From positions 38,600,639-38,664,638 of the forward strand of contig NC_092698.1 of the NCBI RefSeq assembly GCF_964275005.1: DNA of 64,000 nucleotides. The letters are read 5' to 3'. Below the pieces are notes generated by a model. That model did not search any database. It saw nothing but the letters and a program-made list of their open reading frames with translations, and was not told the DNA's origin. The stretch comes from Diadema setosum (taxonomy: Eukaryota). Position numbers and translations under genes: made by a program. This document shows, piece after piece, positions 13,400 to 25,255 of the stretch (its first letter is position 1; each line of letters opens with the position of its first letter).

Positions 13400-13676
13400 C
13401 TTTGTAGAAGGAAACAAAAGGGGAAAATCACTTTTGCTTCTGTTCGTAATGAAGTCGTTGAAAACCGAGCCAAAAATAATGTACCGTTAGTTCACAACAG
13501 CAGAAATCAAAAGATTTTCAGTAGAACAGTTCTGAATTTGAAAGAAGTTCCAACTTACACGGAATATCTTGAACCAAGCTGGCTATTCATTGCCTTTTTG
13601 GGTGACATTCAACAGTAAATAATCTTATTTTAATCTAAATAAGGCCTACATAGGACGAAGAGCAAGGTTACCTTAC

Positions 13677-13871
13677 CCCGACTTGGCAAAGTTCGTCCAA
13701 AATTCCATGAACTTAACAGAGAGGGCGTTTTCATTTGCCGTCATGTTGTGGCCCTTGATGTGATAAAGTTCGTCAATAAATGGAATACCCCAGACGAACG
13801 TCAGATCCTCCGAATGGGTTGCCCCAAGCCATGGAGTCGAAGGAACAATGTATCCATACTGGAAATAGCTC
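13677..13871 (-). CDS. ChE-like-2 exon 8
   Basis: Encodes KSYFQYGYIVPSTPWLGATHSEDLTFVWGIPFIDELYHIKGHNMTANENALSVKFMEFWTNFAKSG, then a gtaagg donor. Confidence 0.7.
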
Positions 13872-14149
13872 CTTAAACAAAGAAAACAGAAAAAGAAAGA
13901 AAGAAGTGCATACTATGCAGTAGATGAAACTTGTCATAAACTGAATGGATAACTGTGGATCAAAAGTTATTTGGAAATAAAAGTTATAAAAGAATGATAA
14001 TTTATTCTTGAATTCATCAGGAAATATGGAAACGTCTAATACGGCTTCCAATTCCAAGCGACTACTGATATTTGATAAACAAGCTCGGGCTCATTTGTTT
14101 TCCATATCCATAAAATCGGTTACAGCTCGTTATTCCGAAGGCTCTTTAG

Positions 14150-14370
14150 TCCGAAGATTCGTTATTCCGAAGATTTGTTTTTCCGAATTTCATTTTCGGA
14201 TTAACGAATCTACGGAATAACGAACCTTCGGAATAACGCCACAAATGTTCTGATTAACGAACCCTTTTTCATTTTCGGATTAACGAACGTCTAGGTATAA
14301 GGAATTTGTGTGTTTCGGATTAACGACCCTTCGGAATAACAAACCTTCGGAATAGCGAACCCTCGGAATA
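14150..14370. repeat. Minisatellite (~20-22 bp unit ggaataacgaaccttc / ggattaacgaa...) in intron 7 of ChE-like-2
   Basis: Direct tandem repeats visible by eye. Confidence 0.5.
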
Positions 14371-14664
14371 ATGAGCAGCACCCATAAAATCAACGAAATG
14401 TACAAGATGATGATTATGATGATAATAATGATGAAACAGCATTTAGATAGAGCGGTATCGAGGTTTTTACAATTACAAAGTGGGATTGGTAGAGTTCAAC
14501 AGACGTGGTGCAACAAAAGAGAAGGCTCTATCCCAATATGTTTTAGGCGAGTCGGTCCAAGGTACATAAAACAACAGCAACAAACAATTACAAAACAGAG
14601 TCGTAGGTAATTCAATACCGTCAAACCTGGGCAAATGAATAAGGAAACTAAAGTAAATGCTCAC

Positions 14665-15107
14665 TTGGTTGGTTGATGAGTCATGAAATATCGGAAGACT
14701 GGATAGCTGGCCTCGGCGTGCTCCCTAACCACCAAATCGGTCGGGCACCCGAAGTCCATGTCTCCGGACACGTCCACTCTGGATCGGAAGTAGTCGGCCG
14801 AGGGGTCATCAGCCATAGTCCAGTCTACGTACTCATGTGTCGTGGCATCAACAATGATGGCGTCATCCATCTCGACTGATGCGAGTGTGTTTTGAAGTAT
14901 CTCATCAAACACAGTTCGATTGAGGTGCGGATGTTCCTCAGCTCCTGCGTAGGAGGGATAGGCGAAGTACACAAACAAGGCGGCTTCGTCTCTGTTGAAT
15001 CCAGCGAGGATTGGAACATCGGGAAAATCTCCCTTGTTGTACATAGAGCGAGGGCTCTCCTGCAGGAACACCCCGTCTAGAATCACGGGGTATCTGTCTG
15101 AATGAAT
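14665..15107 (-). CDS. ChE-like-2 exon 7 homologue (acceptor apparently lost)
   Basis: Encodes IHSDRYPVILDGVFLQESP...GFNRDEAALFVY...MDFGCPTD...VFRYFMTHQPT, then a gtgagc donor. The position homologous to the paralog-1 acceptor (gaag|ATT) reads ccat|ATT. The only nearby AG (ttcag|AC) is out of phase. The 5' end is uncertain. Confidence 0.5.
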
Positions 15108-15700
15108 ATGGAAATGAAATGCCAAACGTTACAATTAGAAATTCATCTCGGGCTTTGGACAGTATATCTTTCAAGTGTAAGCAAACCTCCCACCTAAATA
15201 GCGTGTGCTGTAGGAGGAGAAAGAGATAAGTAAGACAGCAAACACAAACATTTTCTCCCCATCATTTACTCTTTTTTTTGGGGGGGGGGGGGTAATGCAA
15301 GAGTTCTAATTCGCAGTCAAAAAAAAAAAGCGGATTATAATAATTCAAAGCGAAAAAGGCTATTTCTAGATTACAGTTTGCCGTATAACTTCCTGAAGTA
15401 TTGGTCCAGGGCTCAGCAGTCAAATGCGATGATATCAGTGAAAATGTTCTTGTTCACTCTGTCTGTGAGACGTCCAATTGACTTTGCTTCAGAATCGCAA
15501 CATTTTCACATCAAGCAACTATGACCTAAACGCCATTATGCAGTTGCATAAAAAAAAACAACAACACCGGTCTGTTTTTCAAGGGTTTCATGATCAGAAG
15601 TGCTGAATTTGGATCATATCTACCGCAGTCAGATGGAAAGATGAGTAAATAAACGTAAGCAATTAGGTATTCGTGACTTTGATCTCATTTTCTGTCTTAC

Positions 15701-15868
15701 TCGATCTCCAACTTCGCATAGTTGAAGGGGATCCTTGGTTCTAAGGCACGACACCAATAGTTCTGAGGTGGACGTGTCACACCCCATCGCCTCACCCAGT
15801 TCTCTGGCTAACTGTCTCTCCAACTCGGGGTCATCTCTAAAGGCCCAGTTAGTCAGGGAAGTCCCACT
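15701..15868 (-). CDS. ChE-like-2 exon 6
   Basis: Encodes SGTSLTNWAFRDDPELERQLARELGEAMGCDTSTSELLVSCLRTKDPLQLCEVGDR, then a gtaaga donor. Anchored on ORF 15629..15940. Confidence 0.7.
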
Positions 15869-16509
15869 CTGCGCACAGAGACAAGAAAGACGAAAACTCC
15901 ATGATAATGTTTTTATTTTGAAAACTCCATCCATACTCACACAGTCTCTGATGTGTAAATATCAAGCTACGAAAAAAAAAATAATAAGCCTGGATATAAA
16001 CGCTAAATAATTCCAAAAGTGGACATCTGTGAGTGACAGAATCCATCATATCCAATACTCAGTACTTCCCATATAATAGACAGCAGTGTGCAAATAAACC
16101 ATTAGCATGGATTCATCAGCATGGTGATATGTTTTAAAGACCTCCTAATATTGGCAGCATAATTCTCAAACTGTTTGCATTTTGGAGTGGTGCTTTTTTT
16201 TTCTTCTTCTTCGCGCATTCGAGCATTACCTAGTATCAAATTTTACAATGTCTTGCAATGGGCTATCACTTGGATGCATAAAACAAATGTTTCATTCGAT
16301 ATAATGATGAATAAAGCAAGGCATGCGATAAGTACACAGAAAAGACACTAATTAGCAAGTAGACGTGAATCAGAAGAAACGGAAATAGAAAAGAACATTT
16401 TGAAGAGGGTAGGAAAAAGCAACTTGGGAAGACGCGATGGTTACAGAGACAACATCTCAAATAGAACAATTTCAAGTCATAGAATAGGTGCCCCATGTAC
16501 TCTATATAC

Positions 16510-16628
16510 CTGCATGATGATTTTGCTGATACAAGGCCTACTCAGCTTGGAGAGGAGGAGGAGATTGACACAAGCTGCACCCGCACTCTGACCGAAGAGA
16601 GTTATCTGGTCCTTGTCTCCTCCAAAGG
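16510..16628 (-). CDS. ChE-like-2 exon 5 (variant elbow GQSAG)
   Basis: Encodes [40 protein letters not shown]. Anchored on ORF 16477..16680. Confidence 0.7.
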
Positions 16629-16786
16629 CTGACAGCAGGCATGGAAAAAAAATCATCATTTTTTTAACCATTTGATACAAGATCTTAGTTTTTGCATTGA
16701 TATCAATTTCGACAGAAGAAACGTTTCAACAAAACAAAAAGAACTAGAATAACATAAACTGGCTTTCTTTGTTTTGTAGCCGTATA

Positions 16787-17962
16787 CAAGCGCGCCGGAA
16801 CACTTTTGTTTTTGTTTGTTTGTTTGGTTTTTTTTGGGCGGGGGGGGGGGGGCAAAATCTCAACGGGGCACATTTATGCGACGATGTGAGATCCTCGTCG
16901 CGGGAGCGAAGCGAGCGGGGGGGGGGGTGGAAAGGGGGATTCCCCCCCCCCCCCCCACTGTAGGGAGCTTTTGTAAAACAGGGTACAAAAGTCGCGTTTA
17001 TAGACCATTTAAAAGTAAATTTCTAAGGAATTAAACATAGTGAAAAATAATCAGTGCAAAGGGCTATGATTATTTCATATACGGGAGTACACATAATAAT
17101 GTGATGGTGTGAGATCCTCGGCGAGGGAGCGAAGCGACCGAGCGGGGGGATGGTGTGGGAGGGGGGATATCCCCTCTCACCGTAGGGACTTTTTGTAAAA
17201 ACAGAGTATAAAAGTCGCGTTTATAGAACATTTAAAAACAAATTTCTAGGTAATTAATATATTGAAAAAAAAAAAATCAGTTGGAAGGACTATTATGATC
17301 TTAACATACGGGGGTATATCATGTGATGGTGTGAGATCCTCGTCGAGGGAGCGAAGCGACCGAGCGGGGGAGGGTGTGGGAGGGGGATACCCCCTCCCAC
17401 GGCAGGGACTTTTTGTAAAAACAGAGTATAAAAGTCGCTTTTATAGAGCATTTTAGATTAGATTTCTGAGGAAATAAACACAGTAAAAGAAATCACGGCG
17501 AAGGACTATGATAATAACTTATGAAGACTTTTCATTTTACTATAAGTACGGGCAGAACGAGCGAGCCACTTTCACTTTGCAATTTATCTGAAATGTACTC
17601 ATTAAAAACTTAAACAGGATCGCATCGTTCGAACAATAAAAAATATTCTTATACTGCTAGAAAGCAGAGAAGAAAATGAAAAATGTAAGGTTTACTAAAG
17701 GTATGTTTCAGCGGGCACACTCGAGGACACGAGGCTACCATCTATATACTAAATTTACTCATAAGTTATTATTAGTGTATATAGATACAATAATGTACGT
17801 TGTTAGTGTATTATAATTTTCGCAATTATACACAAGAAATATGCCTTTATTGTTCATTTTGGTCTTTAAATCAGTGATTAATTATTTGTTACAGGGGGCA
17901 CTTTGGGGGGGGGGGGGGGGGCAAGTGCCACCCCTGCCCCCCCCCCCGCTTCCGGCGCCCTT
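16787..17962 (+). mobile_element. Non-autonomous TIR DNA transposon (hAT-like by its 8-bp TSD), copy A, in intron 4 of ChE-like-2
   Basis: Termini caagcgcgccggaa ... ttccggcgcccttg, imperfect 14-bp terminal inverted repeats. Flanked by a perfect 8-bp direct repeat GCCGTATA (16779-16786 and 17963-17970). Interior holds ~3 tandem ~235-bp subrepeats and G/C homopolymers. Confidence 0.7.
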
Positions 17963-17971
17963 GGCCGTATA

Positions 17972-18012
<41 letters not shown>

Positions 18013-18162
18013 ATTATATGATAATAATAATGTCACAACAGAGAAATGCATTAAATGCCAATTTTGATTTTAATGAATAATCCGAATTTTCGAGGATCCT
18101 TCCTCTTCATCAGGGATGACAGCTTATTGCTATTTCTAGTACTGCCAATACGCGAAGCAACT

Positions 18163-18169
<7 letters not shown>

Positions 18170-18219
<50 letters not shown>

Positions 18220-18236
18220 GATATTACTAACATATA

Positions 18237-18268
<32 letters not shown>

Positions 18269-18272
18269 CTAT
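18170..18272. repeat. (TA)n compound microsatellite (also 17965-18008)
   Basis: Long TA runs immediately inside the TIR element copy A. Confidence 0.85.
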
Positions 18273-18603
18273 AAGCATCATGAGCACTTCAGATGTAAGG
18301 ACGAATATTTCGTTGTGATATCGTCATCTGCTCTGTCACGTCTGTGATAAGCATAGCATTCTCAGAAAGCAATAATTATGCACGAGAATATCTATTTCTT
18401 TTTTCAGAATTACTTTGGAAATTCCTCAATATGACGACAGCCTGCGTTGCACTGAATTATGTGAGTTGAATCAAAACAGTACCTAAATATCTCTTCAAAC
18501 GTGCATACGAACCAAAGCAATAATTTATAGAGTCGTTACAATAAACTGAACTGAACTGAACAATAGATTACAACATGCAAGACCGTTTCCAAGGAATTAT
18601 TAC

Positions 18604-18681
18604 CTTCGATATTATTGTAGACCCACTCTAGCGCTGCCACCTGATCCAACATGGCGAAGTTTCCTGGTGCAACATCATCCA
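18604..18681 (-). CDS. ChE-like-2 exon 4
   Basis: Encodes MDDVAPGNFAMLDQVAALEWVYNNIE. Acceptor cttcag, donor gtaata. Confidence 0.6.
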
Positions 18682-19051
18682 CTGAAGACGGATGTAATAG
18701 ATTCAATAGGGTTATGAAAGTGAATTACTGCGCAATATCACCATCACTACATCAGCAGCGAAGGAAACTTTTAAATAAATTTGAGGTAATCCATTCATCA
18801 ATACAAAGAGATAGAGGATATCAGTGTTTTCTCATTAAACCGTAACTGTGGACAGTTTAGTCTGAATACATTTTTATTATGAATATTGTATTTAAGTTTA
18901 ATACTTAACAACGATAATACGGATTCAAATTTTACAGTGGTTGTTTCTATCCCTTACTCACACTTAAGAACCATTTCAAAGCACTAATGCTGGGTTTTTG
19001 TTTCTTCTGCAAATGGTAAATTATGCCTTTAACAACATCATTTCGTAAGAC

Positions 19052-19840
19052 TCATTGGCCCGAATTCACGAAGGTGGTACAAATGAAACCATGGTTTAAA
19101 CCATGGACAAAAACCATGGGGCGCCAAGTGTCACATGGAATATTTCGTTACAAAATTGGTCATTTCGTCGAAAAAAATGACGGTTTCGTTTACAAAACTA
19201 TCATTTCGTGAACAAAATGTTCATTTAGATAAAAAATGTTGTCATTTCGTTACAAAATGATAATTTCATCGACGAAATTACTGATTTTGTAACGAAATAT
19301 TCCATGCGACACTTGGCGCTCCATGGTTTTTGTCCATGGTTTAGGGCTCACACCCATAAATATTTCCCCATAGGGATGTGTGTTAAAAATCAAATTTCAA
19401 AAAATTCTGTAAAATAGCTGGGAGAAATGAGGTGTTTCAGCTTCACTAACCTGGATAAGTGAGATATACCCTTTCATCCATCAAATTTTCAGGGTGGATT
19501 CTTCAGTCCAAATTCTGTCCAGGGGTCCGCAAAACCAGACTCAAAAAATCACCCATTTTCCGTACACGTACCCAATGAAATATAGTCCCGTCAAATTCCA
19601 CCAGAAAAGCTTTCATCTTCCAACCGAAAATGCAATTTGTAGAAGAATTCATACTCAATATCTACAGCTATTCAGATTTTTGCCAAACTACATCATTGAT
19701 TTTTAATAAAATTTTTTCTTCATTTATTTTAGTATCTTTGGTACGAATTTGTGAAGGGGTCTGGGACATTCCATTGTATTTACGGGTGTGAGCCCTTTAA
19801 ACCATGGTTTCATTTGTACCACCTTCGTGAATTCGGGCCA
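19052..19840. mobile_element. MITE-like element with ~50-bp terminal inverted repeats, in intron 3 of ChE-like-2
   Basis: Left end cattggcccgaattcacgaaggtggtacaaatgaaaccatggtttaaa. Right end is its reverse complement (19790-19840). A second internal palindrome sits at ~19095-19340. TSD not resolved (possibly ATT). Confidence 0.55.
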
Positions 19841-19933
19841 TTGTGTTTTTTGACGTCGTCTTGCATTTCTTCAGTCGATACTGATATAGTAATTGTGACT
19901 GTTACAAGAACTGTAATCGTACGAGAGTCTTAC

Positions 19934-20093
19934 TTGTAGTAAATTGTCCAAAGATCGATAATCGGTAGTTAACAGTCACGATAATGACGTCACCGACAGC
20001 AGCCAATGGAACGCCGTAAAAGTCATACGTCATAGCGGTTCCTGTTCTGATTCCTCCTCCATGAATCCACACCATCACTGGAACAGCAGATGA
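19934..20093 (-). CDS. ChE-like-2 exon 3
   Basis: Encodes [53 protein letters not shown], then a gtaaga donor. Anchored on ORF 19902..20237. Confidence 0.7.
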
Positions 20094-20439
20094 CTGCAAC
20101 ATAATGTACACGGAAAGAGAGAGAGGGAGATATTGAGGAAGAAAACAATATTTAGGCCTATATTTTACAGCTTCGGGGAAGTGCATGCTCTTACCAGGGA
20201 GGTGGAAGAGAGATATTTTCCACCTCGCTGCTCTCACACAGTTTTTACAAGGCTTACCTTTAATTTTTTACATGAGAAGCATCACTCGCAGGTTGACAAT
20301 GGTAAAACACGTGACAAATGTTGTTTGGACGTCTACGAAACTGCCTTTTCTACTATTTTTTTCTTTCGTAGGATCACGTATATATGAAAATGGTCGGAGT
20401 AACCAATTAATTGCTCGTGCATTGTATACTGTGGGAATT

Positions 20440-20720
20440 TTATCAATAAGTCACAAAGCCCACGAGCTCGACACTAAGTCAACAAGGCCCACAGGTCCGA
20501 TGCTCATTACATTATTGGGCTTAAGCAATGTCGGTCTCGTGGGCCTTGAATTGTTTGCCTATAGTGTCAGACTCATGGTCCTTTTTTGTCTAGTGTCGGA
20601 CACGTGGGCCTTGGTTGTCTACTGTCTGACTCATGGGCCCTATTTGCCTTGTGTCAAGCTCATGGACCATTTTTCATTGTCGAGTTCGTGGGCCGTAATG
20701 ACTCGTGGGTATCGGGCTCG
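20440..20720. repeat. Minisatellite (~35-bp unit containing c.tgggcc) in intron 2 of ChE-like-2
   Basis: Tandem units tgtc.gac.c.tgggcc.t...; they generate the spurious 200-aa plus-strand ORF 20185..20787. Confidence 0.5.
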
Positions 20721-20848
20721 TGGGATGACTCCAAATCAAAGCCTAGATTTTCCTAAAATATCGAGGCGTCATATCCGTAAAATGTAGAGAAAGTGGAATT
20801 AGACAATCCAGCCAGAGACATCTCGTGAGAGGGACAGATATTACTCAC

Positions 20849-21025
20849 CTTGTTACTCGGGGAGTACACGTTCAGATAGAGACAGTCCTCTGACATGTAG
20901 GGGATTTCAGTGTTGTTAACCTGCAGGCAGGCTGGGGCAAACTCGGTGGCGTTTCTCTCGCCCGTCCATGGAGTCTTGCTCACTGGCTTAGCGAAACGCT
21001 CCGGTGGATCTGCGTAGGGAACTCC
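20849..21025 (-). CDS. ChE-like-2 exon 2
   Basis: Encodes [59 protein letters not shown], then a gtgagt donor. Anchored on ORF 20753..20983. Confidence 0.7.
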
Positions 21026-21934
21026 CTACAGGCACCAACAGAAATTGTCGTCAATAATTTTAGCTCATGTATCATGCTCACTGATAGAATTAACAGCAAG
21101 ATTTCAAATGATATACATATCAACAGCATTGATATTAACATCACGAAGTGTCATTGAATGCAATTGTTATATTAACATATCTCGTAATTAAACAAGGGCC
21201 GAAAACAGATCAAATAAAATATTAAGTAGAGAAGTGCGGAGGTGTGCACCTTCTCGAGCGCGTCTCTTTAATGAATGTATGATACATCTACTCAAAAGTT
21301 CTTTTGTTTCGTCTTTAATCTATAATGTTTACCCATTGAAACGTGTGATTTTAATGTTTTTATTCCATCAGCTGTCCATACTGACATATTTTTTCAAGCA
21401 CTTTAAAGGGGATGTACAGTACTGGCTGAGGTGGGGATTCATGTTTTTTACATTTCTAAGTGAGATAATGAGAAACCTCATATGAAATATGAAAGAGCAT
21501 GACATTTTAAGAAGGATTCAACGTTTATTTGATGAAAGTTGGTTTTCAAATGGCTGAGATATCCAAAAAAAAAGTGATAATAATAAAAGACTACAAGTAT
21601 ACAGGCCACGCATTTTATTAGGATCTCTTTGTTTCACCTTGCTTTTGGTATCTCAACCATTTCAAAACCAATTTTCGTCAAAAAAAACTTTTGATGCCCC
21701 TTAGAATTGCATGCTCGTTGACATCTCATAGAGTGGTTTCTGAATATCTCGCAAAATGTAAAAGCTAAATCCTCGCCTCGACCAGAACTGTACACACCCT
21801 TTAAAACTATCTCCAAGTTGTTAAATGGGAGTCATTACAAGCAGCTTATTAGTATTTTATATTTGGCCTAAAGGATAAGAGAACCAAACATTACTTGTAA
21901 AAGAATGCGTTAAGATATAACCCATTGGACTCAC

Positions 21935-22000
21935 CAGAAATACATCGACATCGACCGTCTTGTTGATGTAAGTGCTTTCGCTGAACCTCACTGTTTTCCC
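21935..22000 (-). CDS. ChE-like-2 exon 1 remnant (3' portion only)
   Basis: Encodes GKTVRFSESTYINKTVDVDVFL, then a gtgagt donor. Upstream homology is replaced by repeat family b (22004-22540). The only nearby ATG is out of frame. Confidence 0.5.
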
Positions 22001-22003
22001 TAT

Positions 22004-22540
22004 AGTAGGCTTGCTAAGGGCGAAAAAAGGGGTGATCGCTGCATTTTATAGTACAAATGTCCTATTTGGCACACATGTTCCTCTGTACAATTGGAATTTT
22101 TTCATCTAAAGAGACAATCTGTATTTATGCAAATAAGCCTTAATTTGCATAATTTATGCAAAAATACATATAAAATTATTTAAAAATATATGTACATCTA
22201 GTGGAAATACCTAATTTGGTAGAAGTCTTCTATAGAGGATGAGTGGAAACAATTCCTGCAAAAATTGATTTCATACCTATGTAAATAAACATAAAATTTG
22301 CATAATTACGCAAGTTATTGTGCAAAAATCTGCATTTTTGAATGAATATCTAAACTATTAAGCACTGGATCTTGTAGTACAAAGTTTGGACCTGGGATGG
22401 ATGTTCCTTGGGTCAAAAGTAAATGATTCATCTGAAGAGACAAACTGTCTCTATGCATGCAGACAACCTGTTATTTGCATAATATGCATATCAATACCTA
22501 CACATCTAATAGATAATCAGAACAAACAAAAAGCCTTAAT
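22004..22540. repeat. Interspersed repeat family b, copy 1 (inverted relative to 26270-26790)
   Basis: ~500 bp, alignable in reverse complement to 26270-26790 (e.g. ctataaaatgcagcg..., ttgcataatttatgcaaaaata...). It directly abuts the truncated exon 1 of ChE-like-2. Confidence 0.55.
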
Positions 22541-22959
22541 GAAGCCATAATGAAACTCCTCTTAAATCTCATCCTAGATAGATATAACCCGTTAGAAAGA
22601 CTTTATGAAACAAAATGAGAAAAGAATTTGAATAATTGAACCATCGTTACCAGCTAATTTGCATAATTAATAAAGAAAGTAAAGTCACATATTATTGTTA
22701 AAGTTTTTCTTACAGTCTAAGAACTGCATTTTATGATGAAAACTATGGAAGTAGTATGCATTTCCTTTAGTCAAAAAGAAATGGTTTGTAATATCAAAAC
22801 ACTATTTGTCTATGCAAATACCACCCAATTAGCATATTGTGCATATTAATACCCGAATGTACCAGAAGCCAATGGTCAAGGTCGACTTAGGAAATTGTAT
22901 CAGTTTACGCGATAACTCAAGACTGGATTATGCAAATTTCACCAAACCTGGTCCAAAGG

Positions 22960-23560
22960 TGACGTATGATGGGGCAAGTGATTAAGCAGTTTTTAAGTGA
23001 AATCGGCAAGAGGTCAAAGGTCAAAAAGTTCAAGGTCAATGCTAAAATTTCATTATTTTCCCCATATCTATGCAATGCCTGAAGGTACTTTCTTCAAACT
23101 TAGTGACTGAATACAATGTACTATCAAAATAAGATTCTCCAGAGAGTTTCAGGTCAAGAGGTCAAAGGTCAAAGTTCAGGTGAAAATGTTAAAATTTCAC
23201 TTTTTTTCTCTGTATCTCGCAAGTGGTTCAAGGTGTCTTCATGGAACTTGGTGCTGACAAGGATTTTGTAGGGAATTTAGGAGTCATTTGTCAAAGGTCA
23301 GGGGTCAAAGATCAAGGTAAATTGGGCCCTCAAAATTTCACTATTTCCCTCATGTTTTTGCAATGCTTGTAGGATTTTTGAAACTTAATATATACATGTA
23401 TTACCTAATGGATATTCTCTGGGAAATTTCCTGCCAAAATGTCAAAGCGCTGATGAAAGTGCTGTATTTCACTTTTTCTTTCATATCTTGAATGTGAATC
23501 AAGGTATCATGAAACTTAGTAAGTACACATTTGCGATGTTCTCCCTGACAGTGATACCTT
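22960..23560. repeat. Minisatellite, ~150-185 bp unit x ~4
   Basis: Repeated units beginning aggtcaaaggtcaaag...aaaatttcac...tatct.gcaa.g.... Confidence 0.5.
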
Positions 23561-23872
23561 TGTTGATTATCGAAAAAATGTTAAGCCCTCCCCTCTCAAG
23601 TGTTTTTGTTTCTTCTTGATATTTAGTAGGAAAGGACATGGAATTCAGTGACATAGTATAGTCATCACCATCATTAACTGTTTAATGTATGGGTCGCATG
23701 AAAGTTAATTTTGATGCACACATGTAACCTCTGACATTCTTACCTTTGACATTTTTACCTGTGTATTTCTTTTAATTTAACCTCTGACATTTTTACACTA
23801 AACCTGTTAACATAATTATTTTTTTGAAAAAGCTTCAAGATCATGTAGGTCATGATCATCTATACAGGTATT

Positions 23873-25255
23873 CAAGGGCGCCGGAAGCGGGGGGGGGGGG
23901 GGGCAGTGGTGGCACTTGCCCCCCCCCCCCCCAAAAAAAAAACAAAAAAAACAACAACAACAAAATGTTGGGGGGGGGGGGGCAAAACGAGTTTTTGACA
24001 CCCCAAAGTGCCCCCTGTAACAAATAATTAATCACTGATTTAAAGACCAGAATGAACAATAAAGGCATATATTTCTTGTCTAAATGTTGTAATTTCATAA
24101 CTGAAAATGCAAAAATGCGAAAATAATACACTAACAACATACATTATTGTATTGATATATCTATACACTAATAGTAACTTATGAGTAAATTTAGTGTATA
24201 GATGGTAGCCTCGTGTCCTCGAGTGTGCCCCTGAAACATACCTTTATAGTAAACCTTACATTTTTCATTTTCTTCTTTGCTTTCTAGTAGTATAAGAATA
24301 TTTTTTATTGTTCGAACGATGCGATCACGTTTAAGCTTTTAATGAGTACATTTCAGATAAATTGAAAAGTGAAAGTGGCTCGCTCTATAAAAGCGACTTT
24401 TTAGTTATACTCTGTTTTTACAAAAAGTCCCTACCGTGGGAGGGGGTATCCCCCTCCCACACCCTCCCCCGCTCGGTCGCTTCGCTCCCTCGACGAGGAT
24501 CTCACACCATCACATAATATACCCCCGTATGTTAAGATCATGGTCCTTCCACTCGGAACTGATTTTTTTCAATATGTTAATTCCCTAGAAATTTGCTTTT
24601 AAATGTTCTATAAAGGCGACTTTTATACTCTGTTTTTACAAGAAGTCCCTACCGTGGGAGGGGGTATTCCCCCTCCCACACCCTCCCCCCGCTCGGTCGC
24701 TTCGCTCCCTCGCCGAGGATCTCGCACCATCACATTATTAATGTACTCCCGTATGTTATGATCATAGTCCTTCCAACTGATTTTTTCAATATGTTAATTC
24801 CCTAGAAATTTGCTTTAAATTCTCTATAAACGCGACTTTTATACTCTGTTTTTACAAAAAGTCCCCACCGTGGGAGGGGGTATCCCCCTCCCACACCCTT
24901 CCCTCGCCGAGGATCTCACACCATCACATTATTATGTACTCCCGTATGTAATGATCACAGTCCTTCGCACTGATTATTTTCACTATGTTTAATTCCTTAG
25001 AAATTTGGTCTATAAACGCGACTTTTGTACCCTGTTTTACAAAAGCTCCCTACAGTGGGGGGGGGGGGGGTGGGTAATCCCCCTTTCCACCCCCCCCCCT
25101 CACTCGCTTCGCTCACGCGCCGAGGATCTCACATCGTCACAATGTGCCCCCGCTGAGATTTTGCTCCCCCCCCCCCAAAAAAAAAAAAACAAAAACAAAA
25201 ACAAAAACAAAAAAAAAAAAACAAAAAAAAAAACAGAAGTGTTCCGGCGCGCTTG
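23873..25255 (-). mobile_element. Non-autonomous TIR DNA transposon, same family, copy B, inverted, upstream of ChE-like-2
   Basis: Termini caagggcgccggaag ... ttccggcgcgcttg. Flanked by a perfect 8-bp direct repeat CAGGTATT (23865-23872 and 25256-25263). About 4 tandem ~235-bp subrepeats. Alignable to copy A in reverse orientation. Confidence 0.7.

Larger units (their letters stand above)
12336..22000 (-). pseudogene. Gene locus ChE-like-2: carboxylesterase paralog, probably pseudogenised
   Basis: Homologues of all 10 exons are present. Exon 1 lacks its signal-peptide half because a repeat abuts at ~22000. The exon 7 acceptor AG is replaced (aag to cat). The nucleophile elbow is GQSAG. Two TIR elements, a MITE and minisatellites lie in its introns. 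Confidence 0.55.

Noticed and set aside
20185-20787. 200-aa plus-strand ORF.
   Set aside because: It lies inside an intronic ~35-bp minisatellite, antisense to ChE-like-2. Its length comes from repeat periodicity and it has no motifs.
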